Shown here piece after piece: positions 7,807 to 17,002 of a DNA stretch of 17,004 nucleotides; within the stretch, counting starts at the first letter, position 1, and each line of letters opens with the position of its first letter. Both the position numbers and the translations under genes were made by a program. A model generated the notes under the pieces. That model did no database searches. It had not been told where the DNA came from and saw only the letters and a list, made by a program, of their open reading frames with translations. This stretch comes from Nitrospirota bacterium (lineage in GTDB: Bacteria > Nitrospirota > UBA9217), in NCBI GenBank assembly GCA_963741205.1, contig CAVUHW010000017.1, positions 1-17,004 on the forward strand, written 5' to 3'.

Positions 7807-10497
7807 ATGTCCGATCTAACTCCTTTAATGAAGCAGTACCGCGAGATCAAGCGGCAGCACCTTGACGCGATCCTGCTCTTCCGCATGGGCGACTTCTACG
7901 AGATGTTCGACCAGGACGCGGTGACGGCTTCGAAGGTCCTCGAGATCACGCTCACCGCCCGGAACAAATCAAAAGGCATCGAGACGCCGCTCTGCGGGTT
8001 TCCCTATCACGCGGTCGACGGGTACATCGCCAAACTGATCCGCCGCGGGTTCAAGGTCGCGGTGTGCGAGCAGGTGGAGGACCCCAAACTCGCGAAGGGC
8101 ATCGTGAAGCGCGAGGTCATCCGCGTGGTGACGCCCGGAACGGTATTGGACTCGAACCTCCTGGACGCCAAGGACAATAATTACCTCGCCGCGCTCTTTC
8201 CCGCAAAGGACGGGTACGGCCTTGCCTTTCTCGACATCTCGACCGGCGATTTCTTCCTTGCCGAGGTCGCGGGCTCCGGCAACCTCGCCGAGCTCGACAC
8301 CGTGCTTGCGAGGTTCACCCCCCGGGAGATCGTCCTGCCGAAGGGGCATCAGCCCGCACCGGGCCTTTCCGAACTCATCCGTCAGTATACGCAGGCGATC
8401 AATACCTGCGACGACTGGACCTTTGACCGCGAGACGGCATACCGCGCTCTCCTGGACCACTTCAAGACCGCATCGCTGGAGGGCTTCGGCGTCGGCGCCA
8501 TGAAGCAGGGGATCTGCGCCGCGGGCGCCGCCCTCCGGTACATCGAAGAAACGCAGAAGACCGGCCTCGCCAACATCCGGCGCGTAAAACCGTACCATGC
8601 GCGGGAATACCTGTCGCTCGACGCGTCGTGCCAGCGCAACCTCGAACTGGTGCGGAACATCTACGACGGATCGTCCCGCGGCACGCTCCTTTCGGTCCTC
8701 GATTTCACCGTCACTTCGATGGGGGGCAGAAAACTGCGCGAGTGGCTCCTGAACCCGCTCATGGACGCGGCGGAGATCGAACGCCGGCTCGACGCCGTCG
8801 CCTGGCTGAAGGACGATCACCGGCTTCGCGCAGACCTCAGGACCTCGCTCGGCGAGGTCTACGACCTGGAGAGGCTGATAAGCCGCGTATCGCTCGGCGC
8901 GGCGAACGCGCGGGACCTGCTGGCGCTGAAGCAATCCTTTACCTCCCTGCCGAAGATACACGGTCTGCTCGCGGTCTCCGAGGCGAAGCTGATCTTCGAA
9001 CTCGCGTCGAACTGGGACGACCTCAGAGACGTCTTCGAACTCATCGAAAAGGCCGTCTACGACGATCCGCCCTATTCGCTCCGCGAAGGCAGACTGATCA
9101 AAAAAGGGCATGACGCCGGGCTCGACGAACTGCGGTCCATCAGCTCCGAAGGCAAGGGTTTTATCGCGGGCATCGAACAGCGCGAGCGGGCACGCACGGG
9201 CATCAGCTCTCTCAAGGTGAGCTACAACAAGGTCTTCGGCTACTATATCGAAGTGACCAAGGCGAACAGCGGGAACGTGCCGCAGGATTTCATCCGCAAG
9301 CAGACGCTTGCGAACGCGGAACGGTTCATCACGCCGGAGCTGAAGGAATACGAGGAGAAGGTGCTGGGGGCGGAGGAGAAGATCCTCGACATGGAATACC
9401 GGCTGTTCCAGGAGGTTCGGGAAGCGGTCGCGGCCCAGACCGTCCGCATCCAGGACATGGCGAGAAGGCTCGCCGTCCTCGACTGTCTCGCGTCGCTCGC
9501 CGAGGCAGCGGCGAAGGGCAGCTATGCGAGGCCGTCGATCGTAGACGGCGACACCCTCAGGATCGTCGAGGGACGGCACCCGGTGATTGAACAGCTTGTC
9601 GCGGACGAGCGCTTTATCCCGAACGACGCGCTCCTCGACTGCGAGGATAACCAGCTCATCATCCTCACGGGGCCGAACATGGCCGGGAAATCCACATACA
9701 TGCGCCAGGTCGCGGTGATCGCCCTCATGGCGCAGATGGGGAGCTTCGTGCCGGCGCGGGAGGCGCAAATCGGCCTCATCGACCGGATCTTCACACGCGT
9801 CGGGGCCTCGGACTTCATCACCCGGGGCCAGAGCACCTTCATGGTCGAGATGAACGAGACCGCCAACATCCTGAACAACGCCACGGACAAAAGCCTCATC
9901 ATCCTGGACGAGATCGGCAGGGGCACCTCCACCTTCGACGGCATCAGCATCGCCTGGGCGGTGGCGGAATACATCCACACGAAGCTCAGATCGAGGACCC
10001 TCTTCGCCACGCATTACCACGAACTCACGGAGCTCGCGCTTACCATGGACCGGGTGAAGAATTACACCGTTGCCATCAAGGAATGGAACGACCAGATCAT
10101 TTTCCTCCGCCGCGTTATCGAGGGCGGGGCGGACAAGTCCTACGGCATCCAGGTCGCGAGGCTCGCTGGCCTCCCCCAGGCGGTGATCAACCGGGCCAAG
10201 GAAGTGCTCGCGAACCTGGAAAAGGCCGAGTTCAATGAAATGGGACAGCCCGTTGCCGCGCCAAAGGCCGGAAACGGGGAGGGGGAGAGGCGGAGAAGCG
10301 GCGAGGGGGCGACCGGGGGAATCGGAGAAGGGCCTTGGAGAGGAGCGGAAGAGGCGGCAGAGCCGCAGCTCGGGCTCTTCGCGAGCGAGGCGGGGCTCGT
10401 CTTTAAGGAGCTCCAGGACATGGACCTGGACCGCATGACGCCGCTTGAGGCCATGATCAAGCTGCAGGAGCTTAAGAAGAGGGTAGGGGGAAAGTAG
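7807..10497 (+). CDS. mutS: DNA mismatch repair protein MutS
   Basis: TPLMKQY, FRMGDFYE, TGPNMAGKST, STFMVEM, DEIGRGTST, FATHYHEL, SYGIQVARLAG and MTPLEA motifs; intact 896 aa. Confidence 0.98.
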   Translation: MSDLTPLMKQYREIKRQHLDAILLFRMGDFYEMFDQDAVTASKVLEITLTARNKSKGIETPLCGFPYHAVDGYIAKLIRRGFKVAVCEQVEDPKLAKGIVKREVIRVVTPGTVLDSNLLDAKDNNYLAALFPAKDGYGLAFLDISTGDFFLAEVAGSGNLAELDTVLARFTPREIVLPKGHQPAPGLSELIRQYTQAINTCDDWTFDRETAYRALLDHFKTASLEGFGVGAMKQGICAAGAALRYIEETQKTGLANIRRVKPYHAREYLSLDASCQRNLELVRNIYDGSSRGTLLSVLDFTVTSMGGRKLREWLLNPLMDAAEIERRLDAVAWLKDDHRLRADLRTSLGEVYDLERLISRVSLGAANARDLLALKQSFTSLPKIHGLLAVSEAKLIFELASNWDDLRDVFELIEKAVYDDPPYSLREGRLIKKGHDAGLDELRSISSEGKGFIAGIEQRERARTGISSLKVSYNKVFGYYIEVTKANSGNVPQDFIRKQTLANAERFITPELKEYEEKVLGAEEKILDMEYRLFQEVREAVAAQTVRIQDMARRLAVLDCLASLAEAAAKGSYARPSIVDGDTLRIVEGRHPVIEQLVADERFIPNDALLDCEDNQLIILTGPNMAGKSTYMRQVAVIALMAQMGSFVPAREAQIGLIDRIFTRVGASDFITRGQSTFMVEMNETANILNNATDKSLIILDEIGRGTSTFDGISIAWAVAEYIHTKLRSRTLFATHYHELTELALTMDRVKNYTVAIKEWNDQIIFLRRVIEGGADKSYGIQVARLAGLPQAVINRAKEVLANLEKAEFNEMGQPVAAPKAGNGEGERRRSGEGATGGIGEGPWRGAEEAAEPQLGLFASEAGLVFKELQDMDLDRMTPLEAMIKLQELKKRVGGK
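10273..10328 (+). repeat. Seven degenerate 8-mers inside the mutS C-terminal linker
   Basis: AACGGGGA GGGGGAGA GGCGGAGA AGCGGCGA GGGGGCGA CCGGGGGA ATCGGAGA. Confidence 0.6.
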
Positions 10498-10555
10498 ACA
10501 AATTTCGGATTTCGGATTGCGGATTGACCACCACCCTCTCCTTAGTCCTCTCCCC

Positions 10556-12161
10556 AGGGGGTCAAGCGGACTGTTTTGGATGTGGATTGGTGCGTTGTCT
10601 GTGCTACGAAACGATATGCAATCTTATAATATAGTACTGATGGCTGCAGCGTATTATTGAGTTGCACTATCAGGATTCATCACCTATATTAGAAATATGG
10701 CGATTTTAAGCGGCATAAAATTCCGTTGCTACCCGACAACGGAGCATTCCGATATTCTCGCGCAGTGGATGGGCTGCCAGCGGCTTATCTACAACGCCAA
10801 GGTTGCCGAAGAGCGTTATTTCCGTACTTTCCGGAATCATTCGCTGTCGCTGACCGGACTACAGCCGCCGATTGATCAGCAATACGCCCAGTTTAAGGAC
10901 AAGGAACTCACTCCGTTTCTATACGATGTGCCGTCTCAGATCCTAAGGAATGGCGCAACCAGGTTGATGGGCGCCTACAAGAGGTACCTGACAGGACTGG
11001 CTGGTCGCCCTGCTTATAAAAAGAAGGCGGGACGGCAGTCCGTCTGGATTACCAGCGAGCTATTCAGGTTCGTTCCTACTGGAGGCTCAAAACAGCGGCA
11101 AGACAAAACAATATATGAGCACCGGCTGATGCTTGGCACAAAGTCGGTCGATCTGGGCGAACTTAAGTTCAAGGCTCATGACGAGTACGAAATTCCGGCG
11201 GCTATCACCATTACCCGGGAGTCCGGGAAATGGTATGTCTCCTTCTCCTATGAGAAGCAAGGCGCAGTTTTAAGCGAGCAGGAACTTCTCGAGCTTTACG
11301 GCGGCATGTCTTCAGAGAGTCTTAATACCGTTACACTGGGAATGGACCGAGGGGTTGTAATCCCGCTGGCAACAAGCGACGGCTAGATGCATGACTTCTC
11401 CGGCATACAAAAAGAGCGACTGGCAAAAAAGGATGCCCGGAAGAAGAGATATCAGAGGCAAATGGCGAGGCGGATCAAAGGATCCGGCCGCTTTAAGCAA
11501 TCAGCAGCGAAATCAGCCCGGTGCCAGGTGTATGCTGCCAATGTGAGGCATGATTTCGCGCATAAGGCCAGCCGCAAGCTCGTGGATTCACCGCGGAGGT
11601 GTTCGTCTTCGAGGACCTCAAGGTCAAGAACATGACCAGAGCGCCAAAACCTAAGAAGTCAGCCGGCGGGACGTATATTGCGAACGGGGCAAAGGCCAAG
11701 GCCGGTCTCAACAAGTCCATACTCGAATCAGCGTGGGGCAAGGTAAAACTCTTTACGACGTACAAAGCCTCGCGACGCAACAAGCTCGTTATCGCCATAC
11801 CGCCGCACGGCACCTCACAGGAGTGTTCGAAGTGTTCGCACACTCACCCGGACAATCGCCAGTCACAGGCGGTGTTCGATTGCCAAAGCTGTGGCTTTAC
11901 GGAAAACGCCGATACCAATGCGTCTCTCGTTATCAAGAAGCGCGGCATAAAAATGCTCGTATCTGGCGAAATCACCGTAAAGCATAGGAAGCGCGCCATG
12001 CGGTTAAGGAAGAAGGAAACACTAGGCCGGGAACCGGCCGAAGTTACGCACGGGGAGAAGCAGATAAGACAGGACTTGGGAACTACTCAGGGACTGCATG
12101 CTTCTATGATCCGTGAAACCCCCACTGCAACCATGTAATTGGTTCAGTGGCGGGTAGTTCA
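10556..12161 (+). mobile_element. IS200/IS605-family tnpB-only element, copy 2
   Basis: Same left motif and right end as copy 1; highly similar tnpB sequence; no tnpA. Confidence 0.85.
10697..12138 (+). pseudogene. tnpB: Disrupted tnpB
   Basis: RuvC-I LGMDRG is intact, but TAG occurs at 11384-11386 (TTT in copy 1) and one C is missing near 11590 (TCACCGCGG vs TCACCCGCGG). Confidence 0.85.
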
Positions 12162-12181
12162 TTTTCTCATTGACACCTTGC
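12010..12181 (+). ncRNA. Putative omegaRNA/reRNA of copy 2 (guide ~12162-12181)
   Basis: Same hairpins as copy 1 (GGCCGG/CCGGCC; CCACTG..CAGTGG enclosing AACCA/TGGTT). The 5' end is a guess. Confidence 0.55.
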
Positions 12182-12199
12182 CCCCCTTTCTGGTAGTAT
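12170..12199 (+). promoter_or_regulatory. Putative sigma70 promoter of rplI-dnaB
   Basis: TTGACA (12170-12175), an 18-nt spacer, and TAGTAT (12194-12199) with extended -10 TG. AAGGAG lies upstream of rplI. Confidence 0.65.
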
Positions 12200-12237
12200 C
12201 GCGCACCAATACGCGTTCGAAAGGAGCAGTCTCTGCA

Positions 12238-12684
12238 ATGCAGGTTATATTACGGGAAGATATTGAAAAATTAGGCAAGATCGGCGACATGGTAAAGGTG
12301 GCCGACGGCTATGCCAGAAACTACCTCGTGCCGGCGAAAAAGGCCATTGAGGCCACGCCGAAGAATGTCCATGCGATGGACCACGCGAAGAAAATGGTCT
12401 CCGACCGTATCCGGAAGTTGAAAAAGGAAGCGGTTGCCGATGCGGAAAATATAAAGGCGCTCGCCATCACGATCAGGGCCAAGTCCGGGGAAGAGGGCAA
12501 GCTGTTCGGTTCCGTCACCTCCATGGACATCGCCGAGGCCGCGAAGGCCCAGGGTGTCGCCCTCGACAAGAGGAAGATCGTGCTCGAGGAGCCTATCAAG
12601 CGGCTGGGAGACTATACCGTAACCGTTAAGCTGCATGCCGACATCACCGCCGAGTTCAAGGTGTCGGTCATCTCAGCAGAGTAG
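12238..12684 (+). CDS. rplI: 50S ribosomal protein L9
   Basis: MQVILREDIEKLGKIGD.VKVADGYARNYL, GKLFGSVT and PIKRLG motifs; 148 aa from ATG 12238. Confidence 0.97.
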   Translation: MQVILREDIEKLGKIGDMVKVADGYARNYLVPAKKAIEATPKNVHAMDHAKKMVSDRIRKLKKEAVADAENIKALAITIRAKSGEEGKLFGSVTSMDIAEAAKAQGVALDKRKIVLEEPIKRLGDYTVTVKLHADITAEFKVSVISAE

Positions 12685-12696
12685 CGCACGAAACAG

Positions 12697-12781
12697 CAGG
12701 AGCAAGAAATCAGGAGCCAGCAGCCAGGAGCCGGTAAGCAGGATTTTCATTCTGACTTCTGACTCCTGGCTTCTGGCTCCT
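12697..12781. repeat. Inverted 7-mer arrays (CAGGAGC)n / (GCTTCTG)n
   Basis: CAGGAGC AAGAAAT CAGGAGC CAGCAGC CAGGAGC ... ACTTCTG ACTCCTG GCTTCTG GCTCCT. Confidence 0.7.
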
Positions 12782-12808
12782 TTATTTTCTGTAATTGAGG
12801 TTCAAACC

Positions 12809-14199
12809 ATGTCCGTCGAAACCGAAATCTCCCTGCAGAAGCTTCCCCCTCAAAACATCGACGCCGAGCAGATGGTGCTCGGCGCCGTCCTGATCGAGAA
12901 CGACAGCATCAATAACGTCGCGACGCTCCTCTCACCCGACGACTTTTACAAGGACATCCACCGTCGCATCTTCACCGCCATGCTCGAAATGTTCGAGCGC
13001 CGGGAGGCGATCGACCTCGTGACGCTCACGGATTGCCTCCGCGGCAAGGTCGCGCTCGAATCGGTCGGCGGCGCGTCCTACCTGGCAAGTCTCGTGAGTC
13101 TCGTGCCCACGGCGGCCAATATCAAGTATCATGCAAGAATCATCCGGGAAAAGTCCGTCCTCAGAAGACTTATTCACGCCTCCACCGACATCATCACGCA
13201 ATGTTACGACGACTCGCGGACCGTGGAAAGCATCGACGAACTGCTGAATACGGCTGAACGCTCCATCTTCGACATCGCCCAGAAGAAGATCGGCGAGGCG
13301 TTCTCTCCCATGAAGAACATCGTCGGCCACAGCTTCAAGATGGTCGAGGACCTCTATGAGCGGAAGGAGATGATCACCGGCATCCCGACCGGCTTCGTCG
13401 ACCTGGATCATCTCACCTCCGGGCTCCAGCCGAGCGACCTCATTATCATCGCCGGACGTCCTTCCATGGGAAAGACCGCGTTCTGCCTGAACATCGCGTC
13501 CTACGCGGCTATCGACAAGGGAAAGGTCGTCGCCCTCTTCAGTCTCGAAATGTCCAAGGAAGCGCTGGGGCTCCGGCTTTTGGGATCCGAGGCGCGGGTG
13601 GACGCGCATAGACTTCGGACGGGCCACTTGTCGGAACGCGACTGGACGCCGCTGGCGACCGCGGCGGGAAGGCTTGCCGAAGCGCCGATCTATATCGACG
13701 ATACGGCGGCCCTGTCGGTGCTCGAGATGCAGGCGAAGTCCAGGAGACTCAAGGCCGAGCACGGCCTCGACCTCGTCATCGTGGACTACCTGCAGCTCAT
13801 GCGGGGCCGCGGCAGCGAACAGAGCAGGGAACAGGAAATATCGAACATCTCCCGGTCCCTGAAGATGCTGGCAAAGGACCTGAAGGTGCCGGTGATCGCG
13901 CTCTCGCAGCTGAACCGCGCCGTTGAAACGCGACCCGGGCAAGGAAAAGAGGCCCATGCTCGCCGATCTGCGCGAATCCGGCGCCATCGAACAGGACGCC
14001 GACGTGATATTATTCATTTACCGCGACGAGGTCTACAACAAGTGTGAATGCCCCCATGACGGCGAATGCCTGTGCGGGCGGAGGGGCGTGGCGGAGGTCA
14101 TCGTCAGGAAAGCAGCGGAACGGCCCGGTCGGGAAGGTGGATTTGACGTATATCAACAGGTTCACGCGCTTCGAGAACGCGGAGAAGAAGGGATACTGA
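12809..14199 (+). CDS. dnaB: Replicative DNA helicase DnaB (apparent frameshifts at ~13940 and ~14108)
   Basis: [48 protein letters not shown], then [16 protein letters not shown] ending at TGA 14197-14199. Confidence 0.95.
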
Positions 14200-14205
14200 T
14201 GGAGT

Positions 14206-14272
14206 CGAGTTGTGAGTTGCGTGGTGCGAGTTGGAGCCTGTGATCCCAACCCGAACCCGCAACCCGCAACTC
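14206..14272. repeat. Inverted 7-mer arrays (CGAGTTG)n / (CAACCCG)n
   Basis: CGAGTTG TGAGTTG CGTGGTG CGAGTTG ... CAACCCG AACCCG CAACCCG CAACTC. Confidence 0.65.
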
Positions 14273-14285
14273 AAGAGGAGAACAC

Positions 14286-15052
14286 TTGGCTTCGCCAAAA
14301 GCGCGAATTCTGGAGAACGTCCAGAACTGTCTCGGCAAGTCAGACTGGAAATCCGCCGTCGCGGAGATGGAAAAGCTGTTCGCCATCGACCAGGACCCCA
14401 TCATCCGGGTGCGGATCGGCGACGCCCGCCAGAAATTGGGCCAGAAGGCCGAAGCGGTAAAGGAATATATCCATGCCGCCGATCTGTACGCGGAAAAAGG
14501 GTTCGTGGTCAAGGCGCTGGCGCAGTACAAACTGGCGCTCCGGCTCGATCCGGCGAACAAGGACGCCTCGGGAAAGATGGAACTGCTCCATGCCAACAAA
14601 ACAGTCTCGGAATTGAAGCTCGAGCCGATCGAGGACGGAGCGATGCAGCCGACCCGAAGCGTCATTCCCCTTTTCTCGGACTTCACCCAGGAAGAGTTCA
14701 ACGAGTTCACCAAGCGGATGATCATCCATACGATCCCGCCGGGCAAGGCTATCATCAAGGAAGGGGACACGGGGAGATCGGTCTTCATCCTTACCCGCGG
14801 GTCCGTCCGGGTCTTTCGAACCTGAGGGGCAAGAAAGTGGAACTGGCCGATCTCCAGGCCAGCGACTTCTTCGGCGAGATCGCGTTCCTGACCGGCAAGC
14901 CCAGGACGGCGACGGTGGAAACCATCGAGGAATCCGATGTGCTCGAAGTGGCGGAACAAGACCTCAACAACATGATCGCGAAGAGCCCCCGGATCAGGGA
15001 AGTCATGCATAACTACCATGAAGCGCGGGTCAAAGCACGCTCGAAAAGGTAA
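14286..15052 (+). CDS. TPR + cyclic-nucleotide-binding domain protein, paralog 1 (frameshift ~14820)
   Basis: TPR-like helices (KALAQYKLALRLDP) followed by a cNMP domain: IIKEGDTGRSVFILTRGSVRV, FFGEIAFLTGKPRTATV. TTG start follows GAGGAG. Confidence 0.8.
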
Positions 15053-15123
15053 AAGACGCCATATAACAGCGCGGGACGTCGTTCCGGGACGCACGCGCTG
15101 TGCATCTGAACGGAGATCGCTCG

Positions 15124-15915
15124 ATGGCATCCGAAAAAGCGCGTTTGATCGAAAGTATTCAGAAATATCTGAGCACAAGTCGAACTGGAAAGCCGCCATC
15201 GCGGACATGGAAAAGCTGTTCGTCCTCGATCCCGATCCCCTCATCAGGGTGCGCATCGGCGATGCCTACCAGAAAATTGGACCGGAAGTCCGATGCCGTG
15301 CGGGAATACATGAGCGCCGCCGACCTCTACGCGGAAAGGGCGACGTGGTCAAGGCGCTGGCGCAGTACAAGCTGGCGCTCCGGCTCGATCCGGGAAACAG
15401 ACTGGCGCAGGAGCAGCTCGAGGCGCTCCACTCGAACAGAACGGTGAAGGAAAACAAGCGTAGAGCCCGCGGAGCACGGAAGTCAAAACGTCGACGGCAG
15501 CGTCATCCCGCTTTTTGCCGGGTTCTCCCAGGAAGAGTTCAACGCTTTTACCCGGATGATGAACGTCCATCCCCTGCCGGCGGGACTGCCCATCGTCGAA
15601 CAGCACGACGCGGGAAAGTCGGTTTACATGATCGCGAACGGGTCCGTGAAAGTCTATACCACCATGCTGTCGGGCGAGCGGGTGGACCTTGCCGTGCTGC
15701 ATTCCGGCGATTTCTTCGGTGAGATGTCGTTTCTTACAGGGAAGCCCCGGACCGCGACGGTGGAGACAGCGGAGGACTCGGTGATCCTGGAGGTGACGGA
15801 GGACAAACTCCGCGAAGTCATTGCCCAGCGGCCCCGCATGCTGGACGTCCTCCGGCAATATTCCGAAATGCGGGAGAAGGGCACGACGGCCAGGATCCTG
15901 GAGTCGGACAAGTAA
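15124..15915 (+). CDS. TPR + cyclic-nucleotide-binding domain protein, paralog 2 (several frameshifts)
   Basis: MASEKARLIE, WKAAIADMEKLF..DPDPLIRVRIGDA, KALAQYKLALRLDP and GDFFGEMSFLTGKPRTATV; colinear with paralog 1. Confidence 0.8.
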
Positions 15916-15918
15916 AAA

Positions 15919-15962
15919 AAGTATGAAGTGAGAAGTGAGAAGTTACGAAGATTAGAAATTAG
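15919..15962 (+). repeat. Degenerate 7-mer array (AAGTGAG)n
   Basis: AAGTATG AAGTGAG AAGTGAG AAGTTACG AAGATTAG AAATTAG directly after the stop codon. Confidence 0.6.
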
Positions 15963-16010
15963 TTCCATCGTCCATCACAGTCAGTCGTTCATTCCGCCCG
16001 GAGGTGAACC

Positions 16011-16850
16011 GTGCTCCGTCATCCGGCAGTCGCGGGACAGTTTTATAAAGGTTCTCCGGAGGACCCTTAAGAAACAGGTCGAGGCGTTCATCGATCTCAG
16101 CTGCCGGGCGATCGAAGGCCATCGGCATCCTCTCCCCCCATGCCGGTCTCATTTATTCCGGTTCCGTGGCCGGCGCTGTTTATTCCCGCATGGATCTCCC
16201 GGACACGGTCGTCCTTATCGGACCCAACCACACCGGCCTTGGCGCGGCCGTGTCTCTCATGGCGAGAGGCGACTGGGAAACGCCCCTCGGTACGGTAACG
16301 ATCGACGAGCGGCTGGCCGCCGCCATCCTGTCGAAGTCCCCGCGCATTCGCGAAGACACACTCGCCCATCTTCATGAACATTCCCTCGAAGTCCAGCTTC
16401 CCTTTATCCAGTATTTCAAAAGCGATTTCAAGATCGTCCCGATCCAGATGCTCGACACGCAGGCTCGAAACCTGTTTAGAGGTGGGGAGGGCGGTGGGAG
16501 AGGCGATAAAAGACGGCTGAGGAGCAGGGGAGGGGCCAGAGGGAAGAAAGAACGAGGATGTTCTCATTGTCGCGAGCTCGGACATGAGTCATTACGAGCG
16601 TGCCTCCGTTGCGAAGGAAAAAGATTTCAAGGCCATCGATAAAATCCTGAAGCTCGACCCCGAGGGCCTGTACCGAACCGTCAAGGATAACGGCATCACC
16701 ATGTGCGGCTACGGCCCGGCCGTAGCCATGCTGGTGGCCTCCAAGATGCTGGGAGCGACGAAGGCAGAACTCGTAAAGTATACGAATTCCGGAGAGGTGA
16801 GCGGTGATTACGATCAGGTCGTCGGATATGCAGGGATCGTGGTGCGGTGA
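16011..16850 (+). CDS. amrB: AmmeMemoRadiSam system protein B (MEMO1 family), several frameshifts
   Basis: GTG after GGAGGTG gives MLRHPAVAGQFY. Other motifs: PHAGL.YSG, IGPNHTG, WETPLG, EHSLEVQLPFIQ, ASSDMSHY, TMCGYGP, YTNSG and VVGYAGI. Confidence 0.9.
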
Positions 16851-16885
16851 ATGGTTTCTCCCTTGCCGAACAAGGCAAATTCTTA

Positions 16886-17002
16886 CTAACCGGCAGCCTC
16901 TCCGAAAAAGAAATTGTAAAATCCCCCCTTATAATCGACTTTGAAATCACGTTGGAAGAGATTTTCCTCGCTTGATTTTGTTATCCTCCGTTTCTCATCG
17001 TC
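16886..17002 (-). CDS. Possible 3' end of a convergent gene running off the window
   Basis: Open minus-strand frame DDEKRRITKSSEENLFQRDFKVDYKGGFYNFFFGEAAG ends in tandem TAG TAA. No recognisable motif. Confidence 0.3.
   Translation of the reverse strand, partial: DDEKRRITKSSEENLFQRDFKVDYKGGFYNFFFGEAAG

Noticed and set aside
7969-10020. 683-aa minus-strand ORF and the other long antisense ORFs (1634-2341, 12932-14017, 14162-15256)
   Set aside because: These are shadow ORFs opposite well-supported GC-rich genes and have no recognisable motifs.
11384-11389. TAG-ATG in tnpB copy 2 as a deliberate split gene or amber readthrough
   Set aside because: Copy 1 has Phe here and a further frameshift follows, so simple decay is more likely.
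5821-16850. Frameshifts in nadK, UDG, dnaB, both cNMP genes and amrB read as pseudogenisation or programmed frameshifting
   Set aside because: They are scattered single-base indels that hit normally essential genes (dnaB, nadK), leave motifs otherwise intact and share no slippery site. Sequencing or assembly error is the simplest explanation.
16861-16878. Intrinsic terminator after amrB
   Set aside because: Only 5-bp stems (CCTTG/CAAGG or TTGCC/GGCAA) and no clear U-tract.
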